A stretch of 64,000 bases of DNA from Schizochytrium sp. TIO01 (GCA_004764695.1 SMSO01000033.1:2790001-2854000); one strand, 5' to 3'. Counted from the first letter of the stretch, positions 21,760 to 34,400 are shown. Program-made: numbers and translations. The notes: a model not told the origin generated them from the letters alone.

Positions 21760-22731
21760 ATGAGCTCAGAACATCACCGCAGCTCAGGAGGCAGCAGCCG
21801 TAGCCATCGCCATGGTTCTGAAGATCACGAGGACAGTCACAATAACCATGAAGAGACTGGAGATCATCATGGGCATGGTCACGATCATGGGCATGGTCAC
21901 GATCATGGGCATGGTCACGATCATGGGCATGGTCACGATCATGGGCATGGTCACGATCATGGGCATGGCCACGATCATGGGCATGGGCATGATCACCATG
22001 GTCACGATCATGGGCATGGACATGATCACCATGGGCACGGACATGACCATGGACACGATCATGGACATGGGCATGGTGGACACGGCCATGGAGGACACGG
22101 TCACTCTCACAGTGGCATTGGCACCAACTACGATCAGGATGCATTTGAAGGCGAAAAAGCTGAGACTTATGACCAAATGGATGAAGGCATTCGCTTCGTT
22201 GAGGTAGAGCTTGGGTTTCTGCAGAAGCAACCGTGGTGGCCCAAGCCGGGTGATGCCGGCCTAGTAACAATTGATTTTGGCTGTGGCCCTGCACGGCTTT
22301 TGTGCAGCTTCGGAGATGCCCTTGGGCAAGGTAGTGTTGGCTTTGATGTTTCTGAAGGCATGTTGAGCGTAGCAAACAGGCGTGCCCAAGAACTCGGTTT
22401 AGATGACATTGTAACCTTCTCTAAGCTTGATGGGACAAAAAATGGAGCCGAACTTGAGGAGTTGGCTGGACAAGTTGATCTGGCAATGGTGGTTGTGGTG
22501 TTGCACCACACTATGGAGCCAAAAACAATCTTTGAGAACTTGTGCCAGACGGTAAAGCCGGGTGGACACCTTCTTGTTTGTGAATTTGAAGAGGAGCTTC
22601 CCCAGTCTACGTTCGAGAGCTGGATGGAGCCATTTGGCTTTCATATAACAGATTCGCACGACGAGCTTATGACTATGCGTAAATTTACCAAGCCCATCAA
22701 GATGACCATTGCTGAACGTCGTGCTGACTGA
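21760..22731 (+). CDS. Class I SAM-dependent methyltransferase, paralog 2 (long His/Gly/Asp repeat N-terminus)
   Basis: [20 protein letters not shown] and VKPGG. Colinear with and highly similar to 20214..20909. Confidence 0.88.
   Translation: MSSEHHRSSGGSSRSHRHGSEDHEDSHNNHEETGDHHGHGHDHGHGHDHGHGHDHGHGHDHGHGHDHGHGHDHGHGHDHHGHDHGHGHDHHGHGHDHGHDHGHGHGGHGHGGHGHSHSGIGTNYDQDAFEGEKAETYDQMDEGIRFVEVELGFLQKQPWWPKPGDAGLVTIDFGCGPARLLCSFGDALGQGSVGFDVSEGMLSVANRRAQELGLDDIVTFSKLDGTKNGAELEELAGQVDLAMVVVVLHHTMEPKTIFENLCQTVKPGGHLLVCEFEEELPQSTFESWMEPFGFHITDSHDELMTMRKFTKPIKMTIAERRAD
21868..21975 (+). repeat. Coding 18-bp tandem repeat CATGGGCATGGTCACGAT (HGHGHD)
   Basis: Five exact copies plus one with a single mismatch; degenerate copies continue to about 22110. 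Confidence 0.95.
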
Positions 22732-23090
22732 ACAAGTAGATCTCTCTCACAAGTGAGAAACCATGACACTAAGTCTCCATATATATTCTAAGGCACTTTT
22801 CGTTGAAAAGAAGCCTATAGTTTGTTTCCTCAAAAAAGATTATCGCAATGCAATCGGAAGACAATATTCTAGAGAAAAGAGTAAACATCTGCGCAAAATA
22901 TAGCCCTTTAGATTCAACAATTAACATTTCCTTATCTTTTTATTTTATTTTAGCTTAATCCTGATCTGATGCACCTCGAGATGCAAGAAACAGTGCTAAG
23001 CATGTTTAAAAATCTTACACTACTATAACGCGGGGTGAGACTAATGATTGACAACCAAACGAAACATATTTTGTAAAACAGAATCATTAA

Positions 23091-23933
23091 TCAGAGTAGG
23101 AGAGACCAAATTGGGCGACTGAGGCGAAGTGACTTAAACATTAATTTAGCATTTGTCCGTCCCCGGCGTTCAGCATTTGCTTCCATCGCTAGGAAGAACT
23201 TTGGAGAAACAAAGGCCTGAGCTAGCGCTGCGGACTCTTCAGCATTAACTTTTTGCAAATACGCGGTTTGCTCTGCAGAGCGAGATCGTCTGACCCCATT
23301 TTTCGTAAGGTAGTCATCAACATGAGCATAAGTCGCATCTAAGAGTTTCTCGTCGACTCCACTCTCCGGCATTTCTGGTCCAGACTCCACCATCTTAGTG
23401 AGCAGCTTAGTCTCTACAGCTTCTTGTGCGGTAAGCTTGTAGTTCTCATTGAGCATCTTCTGGGCGAGTTCTTCACCAAGAAGTTGCGGGAAAAGCACCG
23501 AGCTGCAACCTTCAGGAACGAGGCCAAGACTTGCAAATGGCGTATGGAATGTAGCTCTGTTGCTGGCGAGCAGTCCGTCGCACAATGTGGCGCTGGTCAC
23601 AGCTGCCCCAACCGCAGGTCCGTTCATCGCAACGAAGATAGGCTTCTCGAACCTGAGAAATTGGTCAAAGAGTTCCTGGTTCATGCTTGAGAGCATGTGG
23701 ATCAGCTTCTTGGGCATCATGGGTTTGAGAACTGCCGCAAGGTCGACACCTGCACAGTAGTAGTTTCCAGTCCCGGTGAGAACAACTGCCTTGACGGCAC
23801 TGTCCTGCGTGGCCTCGGCCAGGGCGGCGCCTTGGGCTTTCATCATGGACTGCGACCAGGCATTCAGCTTGCGAGGATTGTTAAACCTCAACGTGCAGAT
23901 GCCGTTCTTCACAGACTTGTCAATAAGTCCCAT
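23091..23933 (-). CDS. Enoyl-CoA delta-isomerase / crotonase family (ECI2-like)
   Basis: Motifs FNNPRKLNA, YYCAGVDL, MNGPAVG and FHTPFASLGLVPEGCSS. Confidence 0.88.
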   Translation of the reverse strand: MGLIDKSVKNGICTLRFNNPRKLNAWSQSMMKAQGAALAEATQDSAVKAVVLTGTGNYYCAGVDLAAVLKPMMPKKLIHMLSSMNQELFDQFLRFEKPIFVAMNGPAVGAAVTSATLCDGLLASNRATFHTPFASLGLVPEGCSSVLFPQLLGEELAQKMLNENYKLTAQEAVETKLLTKMVESGPEMPESGVDEKLLDATYAHVDDYLTKNGVRRSRSAEQTAYLQKVNAEESAALAQAFVSPKFFLAMEANAERRGRTNAKLMFKSLRLSRPIWSLLL

Positions 23934-24865
23934 GGTTGTTGTTAATCGAACGCTCCTCCAGCGTGAAACGTCGTCACTCTTGCTGCCTTGTTGTATAGGT
24001 GTCTCTCGTAGCTCAATTATGGATTTGCTCTGATTTCAATATCCTTTCTTTCTTTTGCAATCCATTACATCTCAAACGGTGAAATGATTGCTAAATCCAA
24101 ATTCCCTTCCTTTTTTGGAAGCTGACTTTTGCATTGCCTTTCTCATGATGGTTCGCACAGAGTCTCGTGTGTCCATACATTCAAAACTGTCTTATGAAAG
24201 TGAAGGCTTCCTTATACTTGAATCCTGCCCACTCTCTGCCACCAAGTGCATCGCAGCACCATTCTAAGACAACGCGACGCCTTTTTATACAAAATCAGGC
24301 AAAATGAAAGGATTTACAGTCCTGAGTTCCAAGGTTTTCACGTGCCGGAACTTCTGGAACACACACATGTGAAGTACATCGCACTTGCAACAATTTCACC
24401 TCCACGCCTTCGCTACAAAGGGGGGTTATTGTAGGGTGATGGTATAGCGTTAACAGGTTTAGGTTTGTTATTTCGCCCAGGTGTCAAGAGAGTCAGATTT
24501 GAGAGAACGCATGAAACTCGCTCATCTCATAGAAATGAACAAAACTACTTGATTTCATTTATCACAAAAATAATACTAAAATTAATTTAAAAGGGTCTAT
24601 TGATAAGAAAATAATGGTTTACTGTTGCTCGGTCACATCGCTTCACGCAGCATCAACCTAACGATGATGGTTCCTCAAGTCAGATGATTTTTGAGAACAA
24701 CAAAATTAATGATCACCAAGTCCGAGTCGTTCATAAAGAAGTTATCAAAAATAAGTAGAGAGAAGAACCAGAACTGCTTCCTTTGTGATTCGAAGACGTA
24801 ATCTAGAGAGGCTTGCAGGAATAGGAGTTGGGCAAGGCGAAGCACTTCGCTCGTGAACGGGGAAG

Positions 24866-26032
24866 ATGAAGTGCACAATTCCAGAGAAAAACCTTCGTGC
24901 GTTTGCAGCGAGCGTGCAGTGTTTGAGCAAAGTCGGCAAAGAACTCGTGCTCGAGTGCAACCGTGCCAAAAATGGCATGACCTCGATGACACTGAGCACA
25001 ATGAACGACGGTAAGACTGCTTTTAACGTGTTTACATTCTTTAACGCGTTCTTTGAGAAAATTCAAATGGAAAATGTTGGGATCCTTGCAGTGAAGATCC
25101 CGTTACGCTCGTTGGCAAGTGTCTTCAAATCGATTCGAAACACGGAACGCATGGATATCCAGTTCGAGCAGGATGGCGCCCGACATGTAGTTGTCTTTAT
25201 CAGTCAATGCAAAGGCGGTCTCATGAAAACACACGAGCTACACTACGAGGACACGAGCGTTGTCCACGCTTCCTTCGATCGATCCCAGGCGCTCAACCGC
25301 ATTGTTGCCCGAACGAGCATGTTCAGCAAAGCTCTTACGCACATTTCTGGCTCAGAAGAGGCGTCAATGCTCTTGATTCCAGAGGATAGCGTGCGTCTAC
25401 GGTCCCACTATCAACATGTAGACCGTAGTACGGAACTTGATACACTTCATACAGCAGTCTCGATTGGCGCAAATGAGCTCGAAGAGCTCCAAGTTGGCAT
25501 GGAAAACCAAGAGGAGATTGCATTTGGGATTAAGGAGATTAAAGCACTCTTGCAATTCTGCGAGGTGGTCGACGTTGTGAACATGGCATTTTTATGCAAC
25601 GGGCCAGGCTCGCCACTGATGTTCTCAACGGATGACTCTCTCACGGGAGTGCAAAATATGGGCGGAGCTGCTGGTGGGGCCACAAGTAGTGGGTCTATCC
25701 AGACCTTTGAAGCTGAGCTTGTTGTTGCCACGTTAGAGGCAGAAGAAATTCAGCCTGGTGATGACGCTAGTGTCGCAAGCACATCGCGCAGGTCGGCAAT
25801 GTCAGCATCAGAGTCAGCCCCAACATCAACAACTGACTCGAACACAACTAAACGTGTTCGTGAACCAGCTTCAGATGCTTCTGAAGAGACACGAAACAAA
25901 CAATCTCGTTGCAAACATGAGGAAGGGCGGGATGACCCGATGGATCATGACATGGAGGGATTGGAGGGAGTTGTACCGAGTACAGCAAGGCGAGGGCCTC
26001 GTTTGCGTGAAGAAGATGAAGAAGCTGAATGA
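24866..26032 (+). CDS. RAD9: Checkpoint clamp (9-1-1) subunit Rad9
   Basis: N-terminal AFAASVQCLSKVGKEL, KTHELHY, FGIKEIKALLQFCE, GPGSPLMF and AELVVATL, followed by a disordered tail. Confidence 0.9.
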   Translation: MKCTIPEKNLRAFAASVQCLSKVGKELVLECNRAKNGMTSMTLSTMNDGKTAFNVFTFFNAFFEKIQMENVGILAVKIPLRSLASVFKSIRNTERMDIQFEQDGARHVVVFISQCKGGLMKTHELHYEDTSVVHASFDRSQALNRIVARTSMFSKALTHISGSEEASMLLIPEDSVRLRSHYQHVDRSTELDTLHTAVSIGANELEELQVGMENQEEIAFGIKEIKALLQFCEVVDVVNMAFLCNGPGSPLMFSTDDSLTGVQNMGGAAGGATSSGSIQTFEAELVVATLEAEEIQPGDDASVASTSRRSAMSASESAPTSTTDSNTTKRVREPASDASEETRNKQSRCKHEEGRDDPMDHDMEGLEGVVPSTARRGPRLREEDEEAE

Positions 26033-26432
26033 TGAACTGGCAACAAGGCTAGTTTAGACGCAGCTGTACTAAGCTACCTCATGCATTTGAAGGGGTGGCA
26101 GATGCCGTGCATTGATTTCGTGTACCGTCAGGTTGAGTTAGAGTCCTTGATTTTCTCCTAGTACTTATATAAAAATAGTGGAAATATATGTAATTTAAAT
26201 GGTCTTCCTTCTACTTTCTAATTTAGAGTTGTTTTGTGTTCGTGGAATCAGGCAAAAGCACGTTCAAGTCCCCATTCATTCGTGCTGTGCAATAAGTTGT
26301 ATTTGGGGTTATCAAGACTATCTGTTACATCCTTATAGTGCGACTAAACGCGTTCTTCAAAGTTCTATAAAGAAATGTGAACTTGACGGCTGTAATTGTG
26401 TTAGCCTGGATTCATACAACCGTGGGCTTTAT

Positions 26433-27218
26433 CTATACAACGTGGCGGGATAGGAACTCGCCTGGATCATTCTTTTGGTCAAGAGGGATTGCGTCACGGA
26501 AGATAATTGAAAACCTGCGCTCAGGCGGATCTACGCGTTCGACGGAGTGTGCCATGTTGAACCGGGCGCGGTTACACAGAATGTAGAGGGATCGTGGCGG
26601 CAGGATGAGGTCAATGGCAGGTTCATCATCGCGATAGGCATGCGGATCATCTTTTCCGGCACGCAACTTCATTGTGCGTCCACTGAGAAGGGAGAGCCCT
26701 GCAACAACCTCACCAGAAAACTTAATGCTGTCAACATGGGCTCGGATTTCGCCGTCCGCAGCAAGGTCAATAATGTGTGGTGGTAAATAATCGAGTTGAC
26801 CTTTGACAGATTCGACATTCTCCTCAAGGTAGGACTGCACGAAGTTCTGCACGCGCTGCAACACAGGAGCACAAGATGGTGGCCAGAGGTGCAGCGGGCG
26901 CTCGATCTCTTTATAGCCCACGATGACGGCATCCCAGTGGTCCATTTCGTACTTACGCTTGCGAAATTTACGCATGGCACGGTCACCGGCGCCGTGAAGG
27001 ATCTCCTCGACGATAGCGTCGTGTTCTTCCTGAGTGATTGCTTCTGGAAAAACCACTGCGTCGGCGTCGCCGATCTCAAGAGAAGCACCTTGCGAGGCGT
27101 CCACAAGGCTTGGGTCTACATGGAGTTGTGGCAAGCCACTGCTAAGAAAGCGGATCCTAGCAGGACCTCCTCCGAGACCATAAAAAGCTCTGGTCGCAGC
27201 ACGTGTGGCGAGCAACAT
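26433..27218 (-). CDS. ALKBH7: 2OG-Fe(II) dioxygenase ALKBH7, probably mitochondrial
   Basis: HWDAVIVGYKE, HVDSIKFSG (HxD), LPPRSLY, distal His and RRFSIIFRD. Arg-rich, presequence-like N-terminus. Confidence 0.9.
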   Translation of the reverse strand: MLLATRAATRAFYGLGGGPARIRFLSSGLPQLHVDPSLVDASQGASLEIGDADAVVFPEAITQEEHDAIVEEILHGAGDRAMRKFRKRKYEMDHWDAVIVGYKEIERPLHLWPPSCAPVLQRVQNFVQSYLEENVESVKGQLDYLPPHIIDLAADGEIRAHVDSIKFSGEVVAGLSLLSGRTMKLRAGKDDPHAYRDDEPAIDLILPPRSLYILCNRARFNMAHSVERVDPPERRFSIIFRDAIPLDQKNDPGEFLSRHVV

Positions 27219-27934
27219 CGTGCGAGGCGTCGTCGCGAATCACCTGAGCTGAGATTTAATTTTGGTTGATGATTATTGCAAATCACCTGAGCAAATTTTT
27301 GTTTGTGGTAATATAGCACATTGCTTAACGGTAGGGCTAATGGCCCTAAGCTACTTTCCCCTTTTATTTTGTTTCGTTTTTAAAGTTGAGAAGAAAAATA
27401 ATAATATAATAGTAAAAGAAATAATAAAGGTCGGTCGGGACGGTTCTTGGATGGCACAGAAAATTAAATTAAAAGGAGCACACTGCATAAATTAACTAAT
27501 TTATGATCAGATTTCCCCCGAAAATAGACAAATCTGATTTTTATAATTTAGAATATAATCGTTGATAACAACATGAAAGATGCTAACGCGCCTGGCGGTT
27601 CTGCAGCAAACGCCTAGAAAAGGTATAATGTTCAATGTGGTAAAACTGAAGACATAACTATGAATGGCCACACAGTATGACATTGGGGATAGAAGACAGG
27701 TTTCCCCATTTGCAATGCGTGTCGTGTTATGCTGTATAGCGTCTTTGTTGTGCTGATTCATAATGTCATGAGGACTTTGTTGCATATTGATAAACAGCCT
27801 CGATAGACATTTTATGTAAAGCGGCAAAACGTGAACACAAAAGAGAGCGAGGTGACCAAAACCTACAACTAATACTACTGCTGCCCTATTAGGCAATGAC
27901 TGCACTAAGAAACAGCAAATGGGTTATCATAAAT

Positions 27935-29647
27935 TCATGGTGCCCCGAGTGGTTTGCCTGATGGATATGACATGTACTCTTTTTTGAGAATTGACAAAGC
28001 ACGACCCCGTGTTTCATAGGCTTGGTTGATTTCAAGCCCAGCTACAAGTAACTCAGGATTCTTTTTAATGAATGTCTTGAACTCCTCCCGATTCACCTCT
28101 CCAGAACCATTCACGTCAGCGGATCGAAGAAATCGTGTTACCGCATCACGACTATACTTGCGAAACACCATATGGAAGACCGCCTCCAAAGATTGCTGAG
28201 AAATCTTGCCAGAGTTTTCGGGATCGAGAGCCTGAAAGAGAACATCCACTGCCTCGTCAGAAGTAATATTTTGCGAGACAAAGGTGAGACCGATGAGGAA
28301 AGTCTTGTAGTCGATAAAACCAAGACCTTCAATATCGAGAAGGTCAAACAAATCAATCATTGAAGAGGTCAAGGGAAGGTTAAGAGCCTTTGCAAACTGC
28401 GCAGGGTTCATGCGACCAGTCTTGCGTACTTTTGGATCGACAGAGAACCTTCGAAGCAGTCGTTTGGCCTCTGCCAGGTCGATGCCTAACAGATCTTTGA
28501 CTTTTGCAAACTCAAAGTCCACCACTTCTCCTGGTTTGCAGTGAGCCTTCTTCGCACTCATGCTGAGGAAAGTGTCCTCGTATGAGTGTTCCGTAACAGG
28601 TACTCCAAGGGCCTTTGCCATGACCTTGCGCACGTTGCGACCGAACAAATCAGCATCATGCTGCTCTTCCTCATTTGGTTCGTATAGTGGCAAGAACTCG
28701 ACCTCAAGTCGGTTGTAGAACTGTGTTAAGAGACGCAGCGCAAGTATAATTCGATTGGGTCCACTAGATGTCCATGTTGGATCAAAAAAATGGAAAGGCC
28801 AACGCAAGACAACAGGTTGGACAGGCAAACCAGGAACGAAAGCGCCGCGCTTAAACTGAATCAATGACCGACGATTGGTGCACGTGCCTTCCGGGAAAAT
28901 TGCGAATGCGGGCCAGCCAGCATGATCGTCTTCTGCGCGTCTTTTGAATTCGTCTAGAGCCATCTTACGTCCATCTGGATGTTGACGATCTACTGCAATA
29001 AGCTGGAGTGCACTATAAAAAGATCCGATGATTGGCACATTGCGAAGTTCTTTCTTTGCAAATCCAGACCACCGACCATGCACGGCAAAGAAAGCAACTG
29101 CATCTGCAATAGTTGAATGAGGTGCAATAGCAAAAATTGAACACTGCTTCTTTGACGCCTGCTTTCCTTTAATACTAACCCAGTAGAAGCCTGCAGCAAA
29201 CATTATAAGACGGCATATAATGCGAAATGGGAAGATGATACAGCGTCGGAATGCATGCATTGGTTCGTTTTCGTTAAAGCATAACGTTGCCAGTTTGGCA
29301 AGAATCCAAGCGGCAATGACTAAAAGAAAGATTAACAGGCAGCGGACGGGTAAAACAGCAATGCCAAGCACTGCCTTGATAACCTCCCATGGAGTCCAGT
29401 GACCAGTGTATTCGAAAGGATTAGGTAGGACTTCAACATCCAAACGCTCCCTAAGCTCGACTCGAAAATCATCATTGAGCTTGGTTGCAGCAAGCACAGT
29501 CCGTCCCTTTGCTCCATTTTTCGTAAGACTTCTTTCCCCAGTTTGGTTGTCATTGCAGTCGCTCGACATGCTGTTAATACCAATTCGTATGTCTCCTGTC
29601 TCTGACTCTCTTGGTGTGAGTTGGTGATTATCCATTGGCGCAGACAT
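27935..29647 (-). CDS. Lysophospholipid acyltransferase LPCAT1/2-like with EF-hands
   Basis: PHSTIAD (HxxxxD), IFPEGTCTN, FKRGAFVPGLPVQPV and C-terminal EF-hand loops (DPENSGKIS, DVNGSGEVN). First ATG at 29647. Confidence 0.9.
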   Translation of the reverse strand: MSAPMDNHQLTPRESETGDIRIGINSMSSDCNDNQTGERSLTKNGAKGRTVLAATKLNDDFRVELRERLDVEVLPNPFEYTGHWTPWEVIKAVLGIAVLPVRCLLIFLLVIAAWILAKLATLCFNENEPMHAFRRCIIFPFRIICRLIMFAAGFYWVSIKGKQASKKQCSIFAIAPHSTIADAVAFFAVHGRWSGFAKKELRNVPIIGSFYSALQLIAVDRQHPDGRKMALDEFKRRAEDDHAGWPAFAIFPEGTCTNRRSLIQFKRGAFVPGLPVQPVVLRWPFHFFDPTWTSSGPNRIILALRLLTQFYNRLEVEFLPLYEPNEEEQHDADLFGRNVRKVMAKALGVPVTEHSYEDTFLSMSAKKAHCKPGEVVDFEFAKVKDLLGIDLAEAKRLLRRFSVDPKVRKTGRMNPAQFAKALNLPLTSSMIDLFDLLDIEGLGFIDYKTFLIGLTFVSQNITSDEAVDVLFQALDPENSGKISQQSLEAVFHMVFRKYSRDAVTRFLRSADVNGSGEVNREEFKTFIKKNPELLVAGLEINQAYETRGRALSILKKEYMSYPSGKPLGAP

Positions 29648-31380
29648 TGTGTGATCTCTAATTTTTTTGCAGTAGAGCAATATCCTCGCTCGTTTTGTGT
29701 AAATGAAAAGTTTACAGACAAGGATTTATGAGATCTCTAATCGCAGACCAACTAGCAACCAAGTACTTCTTCGCACACAGAAAGAGCACTCACTAAAGAG
29801 GGTCCAAGGTCGTGGTCACTCAATAGGTGCAGGGATTATTTCAATACGCACTAGAAATCAAGGAAACTCACTCGGAGGAAGTAGCTGCAAGATGGCATGC
29901 CCTACGCAGCCCCGAACGTAATAGCACGATGGAGCCAAGTTGAATCTGCTGGAAATCTTAACAACCACGAGAATCAGCGTTTACTCCCTGGCTAGCCAAG
30001 CGCGTTAGACTCCAGACGCGCGATATTTAAAGAGCCCTCACTCAAGTTGAGAGCCACTCTCCAGACCGGGACTGAGGTCTCAAACAGTTCGGGTTCTGAC
30101 TGGAGACAAGTAACCTGTAGAGGATAACGAGAGATCGAAAATGACTCTCAACCTAGGAAGTTGCGAAGCCCAGAAGCCAGCAGAGAAAACCTTCTACCTT
30201 GCAGATGTTAGTTCAAAATTTGCTTGCAGGCTGGTGGACCTGTTGATGGGCGCTACTACGCCCCAACGCTACGGGTTTGACGACTGGAAGGGAGGGTACT
30301 GCCAAAACAAGGAGTGTAAACTATGCAATGTCTGGCAAAGGAAAGGTAATATACAAAAGCGCAGGAAATGAGGTCAGGCTGAGCGCACGTGCGAAACAAC
30401 GGGCTCATACCCCCCAATGGGTGTACTTTCTCACGTCTCTATAAACACCACAGGGGGGCCTGGGGAAGTCTGAGTAACCTTACTTACACCCATGAGTCTT
30501 GGACTCTAGTCATGACAAATATGAGAAGCAGACTGCCAGGGAGGGTTATAGAAGGAAACATGAATAATTCTAAATGTTCGAATGAGGAACTCCAAAGGGG
30601 AAGTAACGAAGCGGTGTGCGAATTTAAACTGACCAAGAGCTATACATTATTAGTTAAATATGGTGTTTGCTACGTTGTCTTGTGCAAGGCTACTGAGCCG
30701 ATTCAGTTTCTGCAGTGGTCAGAGACCGTCGTGCAGCAACTTCAGCAGTTATAGGACGTTTCCTAGTAGCTCAGCTGACGTAGTCAGAGTACTCAGACAG
30801 ACATGAAGCAAACTAGACAGTATACTATCAATGTATGCTGCTTTATTAGCCACAAAGCAAACAACTTCATCTCAATTACGGCTGTACATTGATTTTCAGA
30901 TGCACATCCGCTTCTTGGTTAAAAATAAGATAGTATGCATTAGTTGCTCAAACGATTGTTGTTTGTTTATTATCTAAGTTATGTTACAAACTACATTTCA
31001 ACATTTCAGTTTTATTTTCAAAATCAACTAGATTGGTGAAAATATATCGTCTTTCTGAATCATTGCAATACTTTTAATCAAGTATTATTCTTCAAGTCAG
31101 ACATTATGCAGTATATTTCAGGGCGTAACTGTTTTCCAGTTACAAAAAGTACACTGTTAGGGTAACTTGTAGTTCTCAGTTCTTTCGCACAGGAGCCAGC
31201 CATCTACTCCTTATCACGTATCTCGTTTCGCAACAATATTCCAAGTGTTGCAAGCTTCGGAGAACCTTAAAAATGTAGTTTTGTTTGCTTTGATTCTGAT
31301 GTACAATGCTGAGCTAAAACTTGCAGTGTTATCCTTAGAAAAAGTACAGGGTCCAAACGGTGCGCTTCTAACCTCTAGAG

Positions 31381-31442
31381 TCATTTGCACGCACACGAAG
31401 TTGTTGATCTTTCATTTGCACGCACACGAAGTTGTTGATCTT
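31381..31442. repeat. Perfect 31-bp tandem duplication
   Basis: TCATTTGCACGCACACGAAGTTGTTGATCTT occurs twice in a row. Confidence 0.9.
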
Positions 31443-34400
31443 GTTCATGGCGATAAGATTTTCCTTCGAAATATTAGCAGTGGTATTAACAGTCATATCA
31501 GCAGCCACTCTGGTGACAGCAGCTGCTGTTGTGACAGGCGCGTATGGCAATAGTAGTAGTACTGGCATTCGTGGGACCGTAACAGTAGCGGGTGTTGTGG
31601 TGGTTTCAGCTATGTTTTCGAGAGCTGTGTCGACAGTGAGGTTGCCAGCAATAATCTTAGAGGCAAGTTTTAACGTTAAATCAACAACACTTTTGCTAGT
31701 ATGAATGGAGCCATTTTCATTGAATTATTTGATGCGAATCTTAGAAGCGGGTTTGGCGACCAATACACTTGAGGGAGCTTGGTGTCTTCGCCCCAACTTT
31801 AACCCTTCATTATTTATTTATTATTTTTTTATTTATTTTTTTTGGGGGGGGGGGGCTTAGCTGCCTATGTAGTTACTGGCACAACATTGTTCATTGTTGA
31901 AGGTTGTGTTTCAATTAGATGATCACTCACGATCACATCCTCAGGTTTCCTTGCATTATGTCGTGCAACCATATCATTCGACTGATTCAACATATCACCT
32001 CTTCTGGTTGCTGCTCTTAGAACAACAGTTGCATAATTGAAACACATACGAACCTTAAAGAATGAACAATGTTGTGCCAGTAACTTTATTTGCACAAGGG
32101 TGCCGCCCTTTGTTCGTCAGACGAACATCCTCTCTCCTCTATACCTAACTAACCACCACTCTATCCTAGGAGTTGACTTCTGAAAGTAAATACTTTGTAA
32201 TTTTCGTTGTCCAAGGGAAGATAGGTACTTAGTTTGGTATTTAGCCAAATACTATTTAGTAGAAAATGTTGTTTGCTCGGGTGAAAGCTCAAGTTGTGTA
32301 GAAAGTGGAAAGTACTAGAGTGGAGGAGTATATGCTTGCAAGTGGTAACATGGTTATTATTTGTATGATTGCAAACAACTGATGAAGAAATGGCATAGGC
32401 TCAATAATGGATTACATATGAAAGTATGTCTGAAAATGTTGTGCTGTGAGATAATGTTCCAAACAAACTATTTCCAACGAGGGCATCTCCGTCTGGAAAG
32501 TGCACACCAAAAAAATAACATAGTACCAACGAAAACCTATGATGAGGTATAATTCAGAATCGGGTGTAAGATCATTGCAAAGTCTATGTCCGTGTTGTAT
32601 CCATCTCCACCCAGTCTCCTCCTTTATAAAAAGGTTGCGTTTTACAACTCTTGTCAAGACAATATCAAAAAGGCCATGAAGAAAGTATCACTTATTCTTC
32701 TTCACACGGGCATTTTTTCGTATTACACCGTAACCAGTGAAATGGCTCATGGTACCAGATGTGGGCATTTCGCTAAAATCCATGTTCACTCGGGACATAG
32801 ATCTCTACGGTAGTAGAATTTTGAATCTGCCCCCTCCACTTTTGGCGAGCGATAGATGGCATTGAATCGGTCTAATGTTCACCAGGCAATCACACTCTAT
32901 ATATGACTTGAGAGCGAAGATCGTTGCACCATCAACTTGAACCTCGATGCCTTCGCTTATATGCAGGGATGCCGCCGAGGAAAGCTCCACAACTTGATCG
33001 GTCTCCAAATTCGTCCGTTGCTGTTGGAATGCACTGGCAAATCATAAATGTCCCGCCAACCCGGCATTACATCTAAAATACCTCGACAACGTTTCCTTCC
33101 TGGTTGGTATCTACGAAGCCTTTCGGCCGATAACCCTCTGTTCAATAGACTGTACGTAGTTGAGCATAGTTGTCGCTGGAGTCTCGTGGTTGCCCCGTGT
33201 CCCAAACTGAGAATTTACCGCGTTTAGCCTTCCCCCCAATTTGCACTTCAAGTCGAAGTGTGTACCAGTGTGAACGAGGTCGATCAAGCTCATGAGTGAT
33301 TGATTACATTGTCCTCTTCGGCTAAGCGTTTACTCGAGAGTTAAAATATTTTAACGAGTTGCCTCTAATTAGCGAGAGCGATCAAGTTCGCACATTTAAA
33401 AGTACGGTGGTAGGCAGCTTGCCAAGTGCAAGTTGGCCCTGCAAAGTGCGTAAAGATTGCGCCCTTAGACCATCGTGACGATGCTTGAGTTCAAGCAAGC
33501 AGCCAAGGCCAAAGCTAAGTAGATACCTACCGATTTCAGGAAGCTCTGAGCGGAAGTTTCTGGTTTCAAGGCAGCTCGCATCGCCTCGGCGGAACAATGC
33601 TCCGTTGCCGTTGAGGTGTCACGAAAGTTCTACCTCCTAGTTGTCACATCGCGATGGTTTGCAACCACTGGCCAGGAGCTACTTCCTCGCATTAGTAATC
33701 TTTGTGCCTCAAGGCTACAAGGGATGCCTGTCTGCCGCAAGAAATGACGCGCTGATCTTCAGAGCTTATCACATAGAGTAGTATTTGGCTTTTTGGGTGC
33801 CTGTGTTTTGAAGTCTAAGTAAAAGATTTTTAGTTGTTTCGACTGACATGTAAAACTTCAGAACTTGAAGCGATCCGAGGAAGGGTTCTTTCCAGCAGGG
33901 TCATTTGCATGCCTTTGTACCGCGACGCTGCGCAGCGTAACAGCAGTAGGAGAGGGCAGCTAGATGATTTCCCGGTTGGATATTGATCACTTCGCAATAC
34001 CCTGTATCATTCTTTAATTTTAACTTCAATTATTTGTTCTAATGAAGACATTTTTCTTTTTAAAAGCATTCAAATTATCCCTAAATTAAAATTAAATCAA
34101 ATAAGAAGTAGAAGTAGTAGCAGTAGCAGTAGTAGTCACCTATGTACTACTAGCCTACGTACTACCAGTACTACCACAGCTGATGAAAAGAGAAATCATT
34201 ATGTTTCAGTCAAAGTAGGTAGAAAGTAAGAGAACAATTGGAATTCCTTTCTTCTGGCTGAGAATGATTGAGTTCGGAGTCTCATTGATACTTCTGTGGC
34301 TGAATACCTCGTGCGGTTCGTCCTCTAATCTGCTTTGGCTGGCGCTGCTGCCAGCAGGAACGTATGTGCATACGCGTTCGCTGGTCTGCAGCTCAGGAAC

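Noticed and set aside
21868-22110. 18-bp repeats as a CRISPR array; ORFs 21743..22375, 21784..22230 and 21812..22207
   Set aside because: There are no spacers; this is an in-frame coding repeat. The other frames are open simply because the repeat unit lacks stops.
5106-27218. TDP1, RAD9 and ALKBH7 as a DNA-repair cluster
   Set aside because: Interspersed with unrelated genes; no evidence of co-regulation.
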